A stretch of 64,000 nucleotides of DNA, taken from the IMG/VR virus record IMGVR_UViG_2974602649_000001, positions 39,219-103,218 of that record. One strand, written 5' to 3'. The stretch is from a virus. Taxonomy: Duplodnaviria; Caudoviricetes. Shown here piece by piece: positions 15,886-25,400 of this stretch. The notes beneath the pieces are model-generated. The model was given only the letters and a program-made list of their open reading frames with translations. It did not search any database and had not been told where the DNA came from. Both the position numbers and the translations under genes were made by a program. How positions within the stretch are numbered: position 1 is the first letter of the stretch; each line of letters starts with the position of its first letter.

Positions 15886-18800
15886 ACTGCAAGTAAAGGT
15901 AGACAGTACACAACTTAAAGATGGTAAGCAAGCATTCAATGAATTTGCGGATTCTGCAAAGAATGCTAGTGATGCTGTCAACAAGTTCAAAGGTGGCAGT
16001 GCTGGGGGCGGTATTGCCCCCGAGGCTGAGACAAGCAAAGTTAAGAACCTTTCTGCAAGCATTGATGACCAGACTCGTAAGCTACAGAACTTGGCAACCC
16101 AACGTAAGGCTCTAGAAGCCTCCGGGATGAAGACTACTGACATCAATGAATACACACGCCTTAACTCTATTATCGATGCTAATATCGCCCTTGTAGAGCG
16201 TCAAGGCACTGCTGTTAGTCGTTTGACAAGCTTGGAAGACAAAGACCTTCAGAAGAAAACTCAGAAGGCTGAGCAGGAAGCACGCATCCAAGAAAACATC
16301 GTAAAGGCAACTGAGCGAAAAGACCTTGTGATCACAAATGCTTCTGCTCGTGAGCAACGTAGTATCGAGCAAACAATCAATGGTCTTGATCGTCAAATCA
16401 AGGCACAGAATGATTATAACAAAGCTATCCAGAATCTGAGTAAGGCTCGTGCTCTCTCCGGTATGTCTGGTCCAGATGACAGTCGAACTACAATGTCCGG
16501 GGCTGAATTCGATTCCTACACAAAACTGGCTGCTGCTCAACGCGATGCGAAGCTTGCTGTTATGGACTACTCTGCGGAGATGGATCGTGTAAGAAGCAAG
16601 CTTGATACCTACACTGCAACACTGAGTCGTACTGACCGTGCTGAAGTTGAGCATAAACGATCAATCGAAGTTTTGAACGAAGCTCGTCGTCTTGGTATTG
16701 TAACGCAAGATGAGTACGATGCTAAGCTCGCTCGTTTTAATGAACGATTGGAATCTGTAAAGAAAGGAAACGAGGGTGCTGCAATCAGTACCGAGCGTTT
16801 GTCTAAACAAATGAACCAAGTTACTGGTCGATACGATGCAGTGACAAAAGCAATGAACAACCAGACAGTTGCTGAGCAAATCCTCACACAAGCAAATGAG
16901 CGTGGTCTGATTAGCACCGAAGACATGACTAAGGCTTTGCAAGGTTACTCTGCTGCGGTAGAAAAGGCAAAAGCAAAAGTAGCTGGTCCTGACATTGGCG
17001 AGGAGTTTGAGCGGGGACTGGATGATGTACTTGCGTATCGAACAGAGTTGCGTAACTTGGAGCTTCAAGAGAAACGTCTGCAAGACATGCGAAGCTCTGG
17101 TCGTGAACTGACTGATACACAACAACGTGATTTGGATCGGGCAACTACAGCACTTCAGAAGAACCGCGAAGCTCTTGAAAAACGAATTCGTACTGGTGAA
17201 AATGCTGGTATGACGTACAAACAAGAACAAGCAGCCCTTCGTGGTATGCCTGCTCAGATTACCGACATCGTGGTTTCCTTGCAAGGTGGTCAAGCACCAC
17301 TGACTGTACTCTTGCAACAAGGTGGTCAGATTAAGGATATGTTTGGTGGTGTTGGTGCTGCCATTCGTGGTATGGCTACAACTCTGGTTGGTATGATCAA
17401 CCCATTCACTGTTGCTGCTGCTGTCATGGGTACGCTGGCAATTGCTGCCTACCAAGGTGGTAATGAACTTAACGAGTTCAACAAAGCATTGATTCAAACT
17501 CGTGGTGTAAGTGGTGCAAGTGCAAACGACTTCACCGCAATGCGCACTGAGCTTGATGGGATTACTGGTACAGCAAGTCAAGCTGCTCAAGCACTGACTC
17601 TTATGGAGTCGTCTGGTAAGATTGCATCTGGTTCGTTTGTAGAGATTGGTGAAGCTGCAATCCTCATGCAGAAAGCAACAGGTCAAGCAATGAGTGAAAC
17701 CATTGAAGACTTTGCTTCTCTTGGTAAGGATCCAGTTGATGCTGCAATTCGTCTTGATGAGAAGTATAAGTTCCTGACGGGTTCTGTAATCGCTCAGGCT
17801 GCTGCTCTGGAAGAACAAGGTCGTAAGCAAGAGGCAGTAACGCTTTTGCAAGGTCGTATGGCAGAAGCTGCTACAGAAGCTGCTAAGACTATGATTGAAG
17901 AGGCTGGTTGGATTGAGCAGGCTTGGAATGGTGTAAAGGGTGCAGTAAGTGATACATGGGATGCTCTGAGGGGCATTGGTCGTGAAAGTACTGCTCAGTC
18001 AGAACTCGATGAGGTTCTTGCGAAACAAAAGGAAATCTATGACCTTGCTCGTGGTAACGAAGCTGCTCTTAAACGAAATAGTAAGTATCAAGAACTCGAA
18101 GCGGAACGTCGAGTATTGCAAGCACGAGTTGATACTGAAAAGTCTCTGGCTGATTACCAAGCAAAGCGTGAAATTGATCGTCAGAAAGATGTAGCTTACA
18201 CTAACCAGATGGCAAATGCTTCCCTCTCTAACTTGGCTACACTCGACAAGGTTCAAGCAAAAGAAGAGGCTTTGAAGAAAGTTCAAAGGGAACAGGCGGA
18301 ACAACGTGAACGAGTGAAGCGTCTAGGTCGTGACCTGAGTGCTGATGAAGTACGCAACATGGACCGTGCTCTGGCTGCTGCTAAACAAGAATTGAAAGAT
18401 GCTCAGGAAGCACAAGCCAAGAAAGGTGGTCGAGGTGCAATTGACACTCGTGAACTCACTGAAGTAAAATCCAACCTGAAAAACATCACTGCTGAATACG
18501 ATGGCTACTACAAGAACATCACTGCTCTCGGTAAAGCTAACGTTGTAAACGCTGAGGCGACATATCGTTCTCAGATGGCGGTGTTGCAAGCTCAGGAAAA
18601 AGCAGTATCTGATTCCTTTGGTAAAACCATTTCCGAACTTGAGCGTCTGCGTGGTGCGAAAGGAAACACCGCTGCCCAAAACATCTCTCTTGATAATCAG
18701 ATGACAAAAGCTGAGGATGAAAGGGTTAGGGCAGTAGAGGCAATCCAAAACAAACAAGAACAACTGACCATTGCCTTCCAAGGTGACATGGAAAAGCGTA

Positions 18801-19843
18801 GAGCTTCGATTGATTCTTACACCGATGCAATTAAAGAACAAGTGCGAGCATTGCGTGAGCAAGGTGATCGTGCTGTTGCTGGTGTTGGTATGGGTTCCCG
18901 CCAATCCGGTGTAGCAAACCAGCAGTACGACAATGACTTGTGGTACGCAAAAGAAAAACGCAGACTGTCTGAGGCGTTAACTGCCAACAAGATCGATGAC
19001 AATGAGTACAAGGAAAAGTACGCTACTCTGAAAGCAGCACACAGTGAGATGACTGATGTCATCATTGAAAATGACCGAAAGGTTCAGGAAGCAAACGCTG
19101 ACTGGACAAACGGGTTCACTGCTTCAATTCAGAACGCACAAGATGCTGGTATGAACTTTGCTGGTAATATGCAAACGGCATTGACTGGAGCATTTACATC
19201 AGCAGGTCAAGCATTTGCAACATTCGTCACTACCGGTAAGTTGAGCTTCCAAGACCTCACACTTAGCATCATCAGTAACATGGCTCAGATTGCCGCCCAA
19301 CAAGCTGCAATGGGTGCTCTGGGTGCATTGTTCGGTGCTATTGGTGGAGGCATCGGGGGTGGTGGTAATGGATTGGCAGTAGGTTCGGCTGGTTACACTA
19401 GCTCTAACTTGGGTGCATCTGCTGCTGGTTATTCTAGCAAGTACTTTGCAAAAGGTGGAGCGTTTACTGGTGGTACTCAGTACTTCGCAAACGGTGGAGC
19501 TTTCACAAACGGTATTGTATCGTCTGCAACATCTTTCGGGATGGCTAACGGAAACCGGGGAGTGATGGGTGAAGCTGGTCCAGAGGCAGTTGTCCCACTC
19601 ACAAGAACCAGCAATGGTGACTTGGGTGTTAGGATGGTAGGTAATGATGGTTCTGGTGGAAACACCAACATCGTAAACGTAGTTGTAAACGTATCGGATG
19701 ACGGCACCCAAACATCTACGGATGGTGGAGGTGACTGGAACTCGTTTGGTTCTCAACTGGGTCAATTCGTTGACCAGCGTGTTTACACTATCATCAACAA
19801 AGAAACACGAGGTGGTGGCTCCCTTCAGCCTCAAAAGCAGTAA
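15869..19843 (+). CDS. Tape measure protein (lambda family)
   Basis: 1324 aa, Ala/Gln-rich helical; PAQITDIVVSLQGGQAPLTVLLQQGGQIKDMFGG; FANGG...GEAGPEAV C-terminus. Confidence 0.96.
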   Translation: MPTIAELQVKVDSTQLKDGKQAFNEFADSAKNASDAVNKFKGGSAGGGIAPEAETSKVKNLSASIDDQTRKLQNLATQRKALEASGMKTTDINEYTRLNSIIDANIALVERQGTAVSRLTSLEDKDLQKKTQKAEQEARIQENIVKATERKDLVITNASAREQRSIEQTINGLDRQIKAQNDYNKAIQNLSKARALSGMSGPDDSRTTMSGAEFDSYTKLAAAQRDAKLAVMDYSAEMDRVRSKLDTYTATLSRTDRAEVEHKRSIEVLNEARRLGIVTQDEYDAKLARFNERLESVKKGNEGAAISTERLSKQMNQVTGRYDAVTKAMNNQTVAEQILTQANERGLISTEDMTKALQGYSAAVEKAKAKVAGPDIGEEFERGLDDVLAYRTELRNLELQEKRLQDMRSSGRELTDTQQRDLDRATTALQKNREALEKRIRTGENAGMTYKQEQAALRGMPAQITDIVVSLQGGQAPLTVLLQQGGQIKDMFGGVGAAIRGMATTLVGMINPFTVAAAVMGTLAIAAYQGGNELNEFNKALIQTRGVSGASANDFTAMRTELDGITGTASQAAQALTLMESSGKIASGSFVEIGEAAILMQKATGQAMSETIEDFASLGKDPVDAAIRLDEKYKFLTGSVIAQAAALEEQGRKQEAVTLLQGRMAEAATEAAKTMIEEAGWIEQAWNGVKGAVSDTWDALRGIGRESTAQSELDEVLAKQKEIYDLARGNEAALKRNSKYQELEAERRVLQARVDTEKSLADYQAKREIDRQKDVAYTNQMANASLSNLATLDKVQAKEEALKKVQREQAEQRERVKRLGRDLSADEVRNMDRALAAAKQELKDAQEAQAKKGGRGAIDTRELTEVKSNLKNITAEYDGYYKNITALGKANVVNAEATYRSQMAVLQAQEKAVSDSFGKTISELERLRGAKGNTAAQNISLDNQMTKAEDERVRAVEAIQNKQEQLTIAFQGDMEKRRASIDSYTDAIKEQVRALREQGDRAVAGVGMGSRQSGVANQQYDNDLWYAKEKRRLSEALTANKIDDNEYKEKYATLKAAHSEMTDVIIENDRKVQEANADWTNGFTASIQNAQDAGMNFAGNMQTALTGAFTSAGQAFATFVTTGKLSFQDLTLSIISNMAQIAAQQAAMGALGALFGAIGGGIGGGGNGLAVGSAGYTSSNLGASAAGYSSKYFAKGGAFTGGTQYFANGGAFTNGIVSSATSFGMANGNRGVMGEAGPEAVVPLTRTSNGDLGVRMVGNDGSGGNTNIVNVVVNVSDDGTQTSTDGGGDWNSFGSQLGQFVDQRVYTIINKETRGGGSLQPQKQ

Positions 19844-19844
19844 C

Positions 19845-19936
19845 TTGACAAATTGGAATTCTACATAGTAGAATTATTTCTATATGGGGAGGGTTTGTTT
19901 GGTGACAACTTCACTAAGCACCTCCCCTTTTTATTT
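19845..19936 (+). promoter_or_regulatory. Promoter with palindromic operator, followed by a terminator-like hairpin, between TMP and gpM
   Basis: TTGACA(19845)-N18-TAGAAT; AATTCTAC-ATA-GTAGAATT; GGGGAGG...CCTCCCC-TTTTTATTT. Confidence 0.65.
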
Positions 19937-19945
19937 GGAGGAGAT

Positions 19946-20293
19946 ATGGCAACAAAGACATTTACATGGCGTGTTGAACGAAACCTTACCCCAACCATTG
20001 ACTATCGGACAACCAAAACTCAGTTCGGTGATGGTTATGAGCAAGTTAGTTCTGACGGTATCAACACAAAGAACGAATCGTGGGCAGTGCGAGTTACAGC
20101 AAAGACTGAAAAAGAAGCTGGGGAAATCATGGACTTCTTTGACTCACTTGGTGGTGTGCATTCTTTCCTTTGGAAGCCACCTCTTGGTAAGACAGCTCTT
20201 TATCGTTGTGATAATCCTACACCAACCCCGCAAGGTGGTGGAGTGTATGTAATTACTGGCACTTTCGTCAAGTCCTATAACAATCCAGAATGA
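19946..20293 (+). CDS. Minor tail protein (lambda gpM-like)
   Basis: Start moved to MATKTFTW after SD GGAGG; QFGDGYEQ..DGIN, SFLWKPP. Confidence 0.92.
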   Translation: MATKTFTWRVERNLTPTIDYRTTKTQFGDGYEQVSSDGINTKNESWAVRVTAKTEKEAGEIMDFFDSLGGVHSFLWKPPLGKTALYRCDNPTPTPQGGGVYVITGTFVKSYNNPE

Positions 20294-20302
20294 GGTAATC
20301 TA

Positions 20303-21037
20303 ATGGCATTAACCGCATTGCTCGAAACAATTCACAGTCTTGAACCGGGCGCTCGTGTCGAACTCATTGAGGTTGACTGCCGTTCGTTTGGTGGGGACAT
20401 TCTTCGATTCCATAACTACAACGTAGATTACACTGAAGCTGAACTAAATGCAATGAAAAATGATCCAAGCATTCCACCTAAGGGTATTGTTTGGCAAGGG
20501 GAAACATACACCGCTTGGCCTTACGAGCTAACAGGTATTGAGTGGGATGGTACAGGTAAAAGCCCCCAACCTTCTCTGACAGTAGCTAACCAAGATGGTA
20601 GCATTACCTCTATGTGTTATCAACTGAATAACCTGTACGGAGCGAAAGTTATCAAGCATACCACCTTCAGACAATTCATGCCCGGGCAGCCTGAAGAAGA
20701 CAGCACGATGGAGTTTCGTCAAGTGTGGTTCATCACCCGTAAGGCTAGTGACAACATTGACGGTGTTAGCTTTGAGTTGTCAAGTCCTGCTGACTTCTCT
20801 GGTCAAAAGATCCCACGCAGGCAGATCCATGCTCTTTGTCATTGGGCGATGAACGGTGGATATCGTGGACCAGACTGCGGATATACAGGTACAAAGTATT
20901 TCACAGACAAGGATGTTGAGACTACAAACCCAGCGTTGGATGTTTGTCCCGGATTGTTCAAGAGTTGTGAACTCCGATTCGGAAAGAATGAACCTACACC
21001 ATTTGGTGGATTCATCGCTGCAACAGTAATCGGGTAA
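20303..21037 (+). CDS. Minor tail protein (lambda gpL-like)
   Basis: WQGETY, P.LTVAN, C-terminal Fe-S Cys cluster, PFGGF. Confidence 0.93.
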   Translation: MALTALLETIHSLEPGARVELIEVDCRSFGGDILRFHNYNVDYTEAELNAMKNDPSIPPKGIVWQGETYTAWPYELTGIEWDGTGKSPQPSLTVANQDGSITSMCYQLNNLYGAKVIKHTTFRQFMPGQPEEDSTMEFRQVWFITRKASDNIDGVSFELSSPADFSGQKIPRRQIHALCHWAMNGGYRGPDCGYTGTKYFTDKDVETTNPALDVCPGLFKSCELRFGKNEPTPFGGFIAATVIG

Positions 21038-21047
21038 GGAGAATAAC

Positions 21048-21857
21048 ATGATCCCAAAGAAACTCAAAGCGAAAACAATCAAAGCAATCAAAAAGCATGC
21101 TGAGCAAGGTTACCCTAATGAGGTTTGCGGGGTTGTGGTTATGACAAGTACTGGAGAGCAATACGTCGAGTGTGTCAACCTTAGTTCGGATCCAACACAA
21201 GAATTTCAAATGTGCCCAGAGTCTTATGTTAAAGCAGAAGAACTTGGTGAAGTGGTCGGCATTGTTCATAGTCATCCCGATGGTACTAGCTACCCTAGTG
21301 ACACTGACTTGGCTGTGATGAACAACAGCTATGAAATCCAGCTTATGGTTGACCCAACCTCTAAACCTATTCCATGGCACATCGTATCATGGCCAGAAGG
21401 CGATTACCAGCAGGTTTTACCCGAGGACATAGGGTTGATTGGGAAAGACTTCATTCACGGTTTAAACGACTGCTGGGCAGCTTGTGAGGCATATTACAGG
21501 AAGTACCACAACCTTGAGTTCCCCCGTTATGAGCGTGAGGATCTTTGGTGGGAAAATGCAAACAGCACATCTCTGTATGAGAAAAACTTCAAAGAAGCTG
21601 GCTTCTATGCGGTGGAGGATTATAAACCGGGTGACATGATCGTCATGCAGATCGGTAAAAGTCATTTCCCTAACCATGCCGGTATTTATCTAGGTGAGAC
21701 AAAAGAGTTTGAAGGGAGAGAGTTCTACGCATCCCCACTTATGTATCATCACATGTACAATCGAAAAAGTGAAGTCGTTGTGTATGGTGGTCAGTGGCTG
21801 CAACGTACTCGACTCATCTTGAGGCACAAAGGAGTAAAACATGGCAACGTGGATTGA
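21048..21857 (+). CDS. Tail assembly protein (gpK-like; JAB plus NlpC/P60)
   Basis: YPNEVCG, VHSHPD, DCW, NHAGIYLG. Confidence 0.93.
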   Translation: MIPKKLKAKTIKAIKKHAEQGYPNEVCGVVVMTSTGEQYVECVNLSSDPTQEFQMCPESYVKAEELGEVVGIVHSHPDGTSYPSDTDLAVMNNSYEIQLMVDPTSKPIPWHIVSWPEGDYQQVLPEDIGLIGKDFIHGLNDCWAACEAYYRKYHNLEFPRYEREDLWWENANSTSLYEKNFKEAGFYAVEDYKPGDMIVMQIGKSHFPNHAGIYLGETKEFEGREFYASPLMYHHMYNRKSEVVVYGGQWLQRTRLILRHKGVKHGNVD

Positions 21858-22434
21858 GGTAAAACCCGCTGGCTATCTAAAGAAGTTTGGTAATCATAAG
21901 TTCTATGTTGATAGTCCAGCAGAAGCAATTAAGGCAATGATGTTTCAAGTAAAGGGCTTCAAAGAAGCATTCTTTGCTGCTGAAAAGAAAGGACTTCGGT
22001 TTCAAGTACTGAGTGATAAACTCCAAGTCACTCACCCTGACATGTTGCTGATGGGGGAACCTAAAGTTGTAAAGATTGTTCCACGACAATACGGTAGGAA
22101 GAATGGTGGATGGGGAATGATCCTCGCTGCTGCTGCAATTGCCGCTGTTGTTCTCACAGGTGGTGTTGGTGGTTTCTTTGTAGCCGGTACTGTCTCTGGT
22201 AGCATTGCAACATCTGTAGCCATCTCTTTCGCACTTGGTGGTATTACACAACTAATGACACCAGCACCCGAGGGTCTGAAAACAAGAACAGATCCTGAAA
22301 ACAAAGCATCTTATGCATTCGGCGGTCCTGTAAACACAACAGCACAAGGTCAACCAGTCCCTGTTTTCTACGGATATCGGGAGGTCGGCGGTGCTGTTAT
22401 TTCTGCAAGTATGACCTCTGAAGATCAAAAGTAA
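21841..22434 (+). CDS. Tail assembly protein (gpI-like)
   Basis: SYAFGGPVNTTAQGQPVPVFYG..EVGGAVISA. Confidence 0.93.
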   Translation: MATWIEVKPAGYLKKFGNHKFYVDSPAEAIKAMMFQVKGFKEAFFAAEKKGLRFQVLSDKLQVTHPDMLLMGEPKVVKIVPRQYGRKNGGWGMILAAAAIAAVVLTGGVGGFFVAGTVSGSIATSVAISFALGGITQLMTPAPEGLKTRTDPENKASYAFGGPVNTTAQGQPVPVFYGYREVGGAVISASMTSEDQK

Positions 22435-22458
22435 ATTAACTTCCGATAGGAGACAAAA

Positions 22459-25400
22459 ATGATCCCTCACATCCATGGTATGAAAGGTGGTTCTCAGAAA
22501 CCACACACTCCTGTAGAAACACCTAACAACCTCCTGTCGGTTGCTTATGCCAAGATTCTTATGGCAGTTGCAGAAGGTGAGCTTGCTGGTAACCCAACTG
22601 CTCAGGACATTTTCCTCGACGGCACTCCTTTGGCTAACGCTGACGGTTCTTTTAACTTCGACGGTGTAAAGTGGGAGTGGCGTTCTGGTACTCAACATCA
22701 GACTTACATCCAAGGTATGCCAGAAGTTGCAACTGAGTACAACATTGGTACTGAGTTGACTAACGTAACTAGCTGGACTCGTACGGTAACCACCCCGGGT
22801 CTTGACGCTGTTCGTATCACGATGCAGTTCCCTGCTCTGTTGAAACAAGAAACAAACGGTGATACCAATGGTACTTCTGTTGAGTTTGCAATCGACATGT
22901 CTCCAATTGGTCAACCGCTTACTGAAGTTGCTCGTTATACCGTAACTGGTAAAACCAACCAAGCTTATGAAAAGACTTACCGGGTAGACCTCCCAGCTAG
23001 TACTCGTGGGTGGACTGTTCGGGTTCGTCGTGTAACACCAGACAGTACGTCGAGTATGCTCCAGAACAAGACTGTTGTAAAGTCCTATACTGAAGTGAAA
23101 GACCTGAAGCAAACCTACCCACACACCGCTCTGCTGTACGTTGAGTTCGACTCCCGTACCTTTGGTGGTGGCAACATCCCTAAGATTAGTGTTCGCACCA
23201 AAGGTCGTATCGTTCAAGTACCGTCCACGTATGATCCTGAGGCTCGCACTTACACAGGTGTCTGGTCTGGTGACTTCAAATGGGCATGGACAAACAACCC
23301 TATTTGGGTTTACTATGACCTCGTTACTCAAGATCGTTTCGCACTGGGTCACAAGATCACACCAGACATGGTGGACAAGTGGGCGCTGTATGAGTTGGCA
23401 CAATACTGTGACGTAATGGTTGATGATGGTACTGGTTTTGGTGGTAAAGTTCCACGCCACACCTGTAACGTTTATATCCAAGAACAGCAAGATGCTTATC
23501 AGGTACTTCGTGATATTGCAGGCATCTTCAACGGTATGACCTACTGGGATGGCAACAAGATGGTTGCTGTTGCTGACAAGAAAGAAGACCTGACGAATGC
23601 TCCAATCTTCTCTCGTGCTAACGTTGTCAATGGTCGTTTCGATTACCCAGCAGCAGACGATAAGTCGATTTACACAAGTGCTCTGGTTAGCTTTGATGAT
23701 CCAGACAACCACTATGAGTCCACTGTGGCTGCAACTTGGGAACGTTCTCAGATGCAACGTTGGGGTGGTGATCGTCAGACCAACCTTAGTGCAATCGGTT
23801 GCACCTCCCGTTCTGAGGCTCAGAGACGCGGTAAGTACGTCTTGCTGACCAACATGTACAACCGTATGGTTAAGTTCCGTACTGGCCTTCAAGGGCTTGA
23901 TCAAGCTGTTCTACCGGGTAGTATCATCCATGTAGTTGACCCACTGATGGGTGGTCGTCCGTTTACTGGTCGAGTCGCTGCTGTAGTCAACCAGCGTCAG
24001 ATCTACCTTGATCGTGATTCTGGTGCAAAAGTTGGTGATACTCTGTACGTTACCCTGCGTAATGGTAAAACAGAAGGTCGTCAGATCATGCGCATTGGTG
24101 GAAACTCTGTCACCGTTAGTACTGCATACACTCAAGATCCACCGATCAACTCTGTGTGGTATCTTGAATCGTCCGACCTCAAGTCTCAACTGTTCCGTGT
24201 GACTAAGGTAACAAACCCAGATCCAGCAGTATTTGAGATTGAGGGTGTAGAGTACAACGAATCCAAGTATGATGCAATCGACAACGGTGCTCGACTGGAA
24301 TCTAGACCAATCAACCAAGTACCTGACCGCATGCAGCAAGCACCTGCATCCGTTAACATCACTTCCCGCACATATGTCGAACAAACAATGGCGGTAACCA
24401 CTATGACCATTTCTTGGCCACAGACACCAAACGCTGTTAGTTATGAAGTACAGTGGCGTGTTGGCGATGGTGACTGGGTAAACGTTGGCGTAACTGGTGC
24501 TAACGAGATTGACATTAAAGGTATCTACGCTGGTGAGTATCTGGCTAGGGTTCGTGCTCGAAACAGCATCGGGATTGGTTCTGTATGGACAACATCCACG
24601 CTTACAAGCCTCGCTGGTAAAGCTGGTAAACCGCCAACCATTGCAAGCTTGACGACAACCCCAATGTTCTTCGGTATTCGTTTGGACTGGACATTCCCAC
24701 CGGGAGCTACAGACACACTGAAGACTGAAATCATGTACAGCCAGAATGCAAACTTTACATCTGCAATTAAACTTGGTGACTTCTCCTATCCTCTGGATTA
24801 CAATGAGATGCACGGTTTGAAAGCTGGTCAGAAGTTCTGGTTCTGGACTCGGTTGACAGACCGCACCGGTAACGTTGGTGACTGGTATCCAGCAACTAAC
24901 CTCCCGGGTATTGTTGGTACAGCAATGATCAACGACGATGGTCAATACAATGACTATTTGGCTGGTATGATCGGTGAAACAATGCTTGACAAAGCACTGT
25001 ATGAGCGTCTAGAATTAATTGATGGACCTAGCCCAGATAGTTTGAAAAACCAGATTACTTCTGTGGCAAATAGGGTAACCATCAACGAAGATCGTATTAC
25101 TGATGCAGAGAACAGCATTACCGAAGTTACTGGTGATTTGAACCAGTACAAAACACAAACAAACAATCGACTGACTGCTGCTGAGGCAAGTATCACTAAG
25201 GTGAACGGCGACCTCAATACATTCAAGGTGGAAACAAACGCCAAGATTACAGCAGCCAACCAAAAGATTGATGGTATTAACGCCTCGTTGACAACTAAGA
25301 TCAACGATACAAACACCAAAGTTGATAACATTAACACTGCTCTGGGCCAGCGAATTGATGCGACTAACACCGCATTGAATGCCGCTGTGACTGACTTGCA

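Noticed and set aside
19857-19875. AATTCTAC-ATA-GTAGAATT resembles the Cas12a repeat handle (possible RNA anti-CRISPR)
   Set aside because: Single copy, loop and flanks differ from the handle, and it overlaps a promoter -10; an operator is the simpler reading.
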